A DNA stretch of 64,000 nucleotides from the human T2T-CHM13v2.0 reference genome, Homo sapiens. The position numbers and the translations under genes are program-made. Shown here one piece after another: positions 61,901-64,000 of this stretch. The notes beneath the pieces are model-generated. The model saw only the letters and a program-made list of their open reading frames with translations. It was not told the DNA's origin and did not search any database. Numbering within the stretch: the first letter of the stretch is position 1; the number at the start of each line of letters is the position of its first letter. Location: assembly GCF_009914755.1 (NCBI RefSeq), contig NC_060942.1; one strand, 5' to 3'.

Positions 61901-64000
61901 TTTTTTAGTATCTGGAAGTGGACATTTGGAGCGCTTTCAGGCCTACGTTGGAAAAGGAAATATCTTCCCATAACAACTAGACAGAAGCATTCTCAGAAAC
62001 TAGTTTCTGATGTGTGTCCTCAACTAACACAGTTGAACATTTCTTTAGACAGAACAGTTTTGAAACACTCTTTTTGTGGAATCTGCAAGTGGCTATTTGG
62101 CTAGATTTGAGGATTTCGTTGGAAACGGGATTACATATAAAAAGCAGTCAGCAGCATTCTCAGAAAGTTCTTTGTGATGATTGCATTCAAGTCACAGAAT
62201 TGAACATTCCCTTTCACAGAGCAGGTTTGAAACACTCTTTTTGTAGTGTGTGTAAGTGGACATTTGGAGCACTTACCGGCCTAAGGTGAAAAAGGAAATA
62301 TCTTCCCATAAAAACTAGACAGAAGCATTCTCAGAAACTTACTCGTGATGTGTGTCCTCAACTAAAGGAGTAGAACCTTTCTTTTCATAGAGAAGTTTTG
62401 AAACGCTCTTTTTGTGGAATCTGCAAGTGGATATTTGGCTAGTTTTGAGGATTTCGTTGGAAGCGGGAATTCATACAAATTGCAGACTGCAGCGTTCTGA
62501 GAAACATCTTTGTGATGTTTGTATTCAGGACACAGAGTTGAACATTCCCTATCATAGAGCAGGTTTGAATCACTCCTTTTGTAGTATCTGGAAGTGGACA
62601 TTTGGAGCGCTTTCAGGCCTATGTTGGAAAAGGAAATATCTTCCCATAACAACTAGACAGAAGCATTCTCAGAAACTTATTTGAGATGTGTGTACTCAAC
62701 TAAGAGAATTGAACCACCGTTTTGAAGGAGCAGTTTTGAAACACTCTTTTTCTGGAATCTGCAAGTGGATATTTGGCTAGCTTTGGGGATTTCGCTGGAA
62801 GCGGGAATACATATAAAAAGCACACAGCAGCGTTCTGAGAAACTGCTTTCTGATGTTTGCATTCAAGTCAAAAGTTGAACACTCCCTTTCATAGAGCAGT
62901 CTTGAAACACCCCTTTTGTAGTATCTGGAACTGGACTTTTGGAGCGATTTCAGGGCTAAGGTGAAAAAGGAAATATCTTCCCATAAAAACTGGACAGAAG
63001 CATTCTCAGAAACTTGGTTATGCTGTATCTACTCAACTAACAAAGTTGAACCTTTCTTTTGATAGAGCAGTTTTGAAATGGTCTTTTTGTGGAATCTGCA
63101 AGTGGATATTTGGCTAGTTTTGAGGATTTCGTTGGAAGCGGGAATTCATACAAATTGCAGACTGCAGCGTTCTGAGAAACATCTTTGTGATGTTTGTATT
63201 CAGGACACAGAGTTGAACATTCCCTATCATAGAGCAGGTTGGAATCACTCCTTTTGTAGTATCTGGAAGTGGACATTTGGAGCGCTTTCAGGCCTATTTT
63301 GGAAAGGGAAATATCTTCCCGTAACAACTATGCAGAAGCATTCTCAGAAACTTGTTTGTGATGTGTGCCCTCTACTGACAGAGTTGAACCTTTCTTTTCA
63401 TAGAGCAGTTTTGAAACACTCTTTTTGTAGAATCTGCAAGAGGATATTTGCATAGCTTTGAGGATTTCGTGGGAAACGGGATTGTCTTCAGGTAAAATCT
63501 AGACAGAAGCATTCTCAGAAACTTCTTTGGGATGTTTGCATTCAAGTCACAGAGTAGAACATTCCCTTTGGTAGAGCAGGTTTGAAACACTCTTTTTGTA
63601 GTATCTGGAAGTGGACATTTGGAGCGCTTTCAGGCCCATGTTGGAAAGGGAAATATCTTCCCGTAACAACTAGGCAGAAGCATTCTCAGAAACTTATTTG
63701 AGATGTGTGTACTCAACTAAGAGAATTGAACCACCGTTTTGAAGGAGCAGTTTTGAAACACTCTTTTTCTGGAATCTGCAAGAGTATATTTGCCTAGCCT
63801 TGAGGATTTCGTTGGAAACGGGATTGTCTTCAGAGAAAATCTAGACAGAAGCATTCTCAGAAACTTCTTTGGGATGTTTGCATTCAAGTCACAGAGTAGA
63901 ACATTCCCTTTGGTAGAGCAGGTTTGAAACACTCTTTTTGTAGTATCTGGAAGTGGACATTTGGAGCGCTTTCAGGCCTACGTTGGAAAAGGAAATATCT
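37942..64000 (+). repeat. Run of twelve complete canonical 12-mers plus a partial unit
   Basis: The 2035-bp period is exact from 37942 to 62362, with no net indels. Confidence 0.97.

Larger units (their letters stand above)
1..64000 (+). repeat. Alpha-satellite higher-order repeat array (active-type centromeric array, 2035-bp 12-mer)
   Basis: Alphoid motifs (CATTCTCAGAAACT, TTTGAAACACTCTTTTTGT, GGAATCTGCAAGTGGATATTTG) recur about every 170 bp in one orientation. Identical ORFs recur at an exact 2035-bp period (296, 2331, 4366; 37942 to 62362). Confidence 0.99.
1..64000 (+). other. D18Z1: Likely human chromosome 18 centromeric array D18Z1 (SF2, S2C18H1L-type)
   Basis: Dimeric 12-mer. GAATTC at 401, 1076 and 2436 gives 675- and 1360-bp EcoRI fragments, matching the ~0.68 and ~1.36 kb EcoRI repeats known for chr18 alphoid DNA. 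Assigned from recall, not from an alignment. Confidence 0.85.

Noticed and set aside
8-63932. Hundreds of 61-142 aa ORFs on both strands
   Set aside because: They are periodic translations of alpha satellite. They overlap in several frames and strands, many start at TTG/GTG, they have no recognisable domains, and HOR rearrangements and SNVs fuse or truncate them freely.
1-64000. CRISPR-like pattern of conserved motifs at regular spacing
   Set aside because: The intervening sequences are homologous monomer bodies repeated in fixed order, not unique spacers. No cas genes are present and the DNA is primate satellite.
1-64000. Embedded L1/Alu insertion or inversion
   Set aside because: No poly-A tail, non-alphoid segment or strand switch was seen. 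Unit lengths (20x2035, 3x2373, 2368, 2711, 2710, 4x1360, 1018) sum exactly to the 62066 bp between 296 and 62362.
1-64000. Claim that this window is the kinetochore site or centromere dip region
   Set aside because: That is defined by CENP-A occupancy and CpG hypomethylation, which cannot be read from sequence.

Overview
The whole 64 kb window is uninterrupted, head-to-tail primate alpha-satellite DNA (~171-bp monomers) arranged as a very homogeneous higher-order repeat (HOR). The canonical unit is a 2035-bp 12-mer made of six dimers, with a CENP-B box in every second monomer. EcoRI sites cut it into 675 + 1360 bp, which best matches the human chromosome 18 active array D18Z1 (suprachromosomal family 2). 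No genes, RNA genes, transposons or inversions were seen, and all listed ORFs are repeat artefacts. The 31 complete units between 296 and 62361 have these sizes in monomers: 12,12,14,14,16,14,12,12,12,12,14,8,8,12,6,8,8,12,16, then twelve 12-mers. The interest lies in the array's readable mutational history: dimer expansions, 4-mer gains and losses at a 216-bp internal identity block, a near-perfect 5773-bp tandem duplication nested in an older one, two inactivated CENP-B boxes, and rare SNV haplotypes shared at long range. I found no evidence for a novel gene system. Alignments and variant calls were made by eye and with the ORF track, so some SNVs may have been missed.
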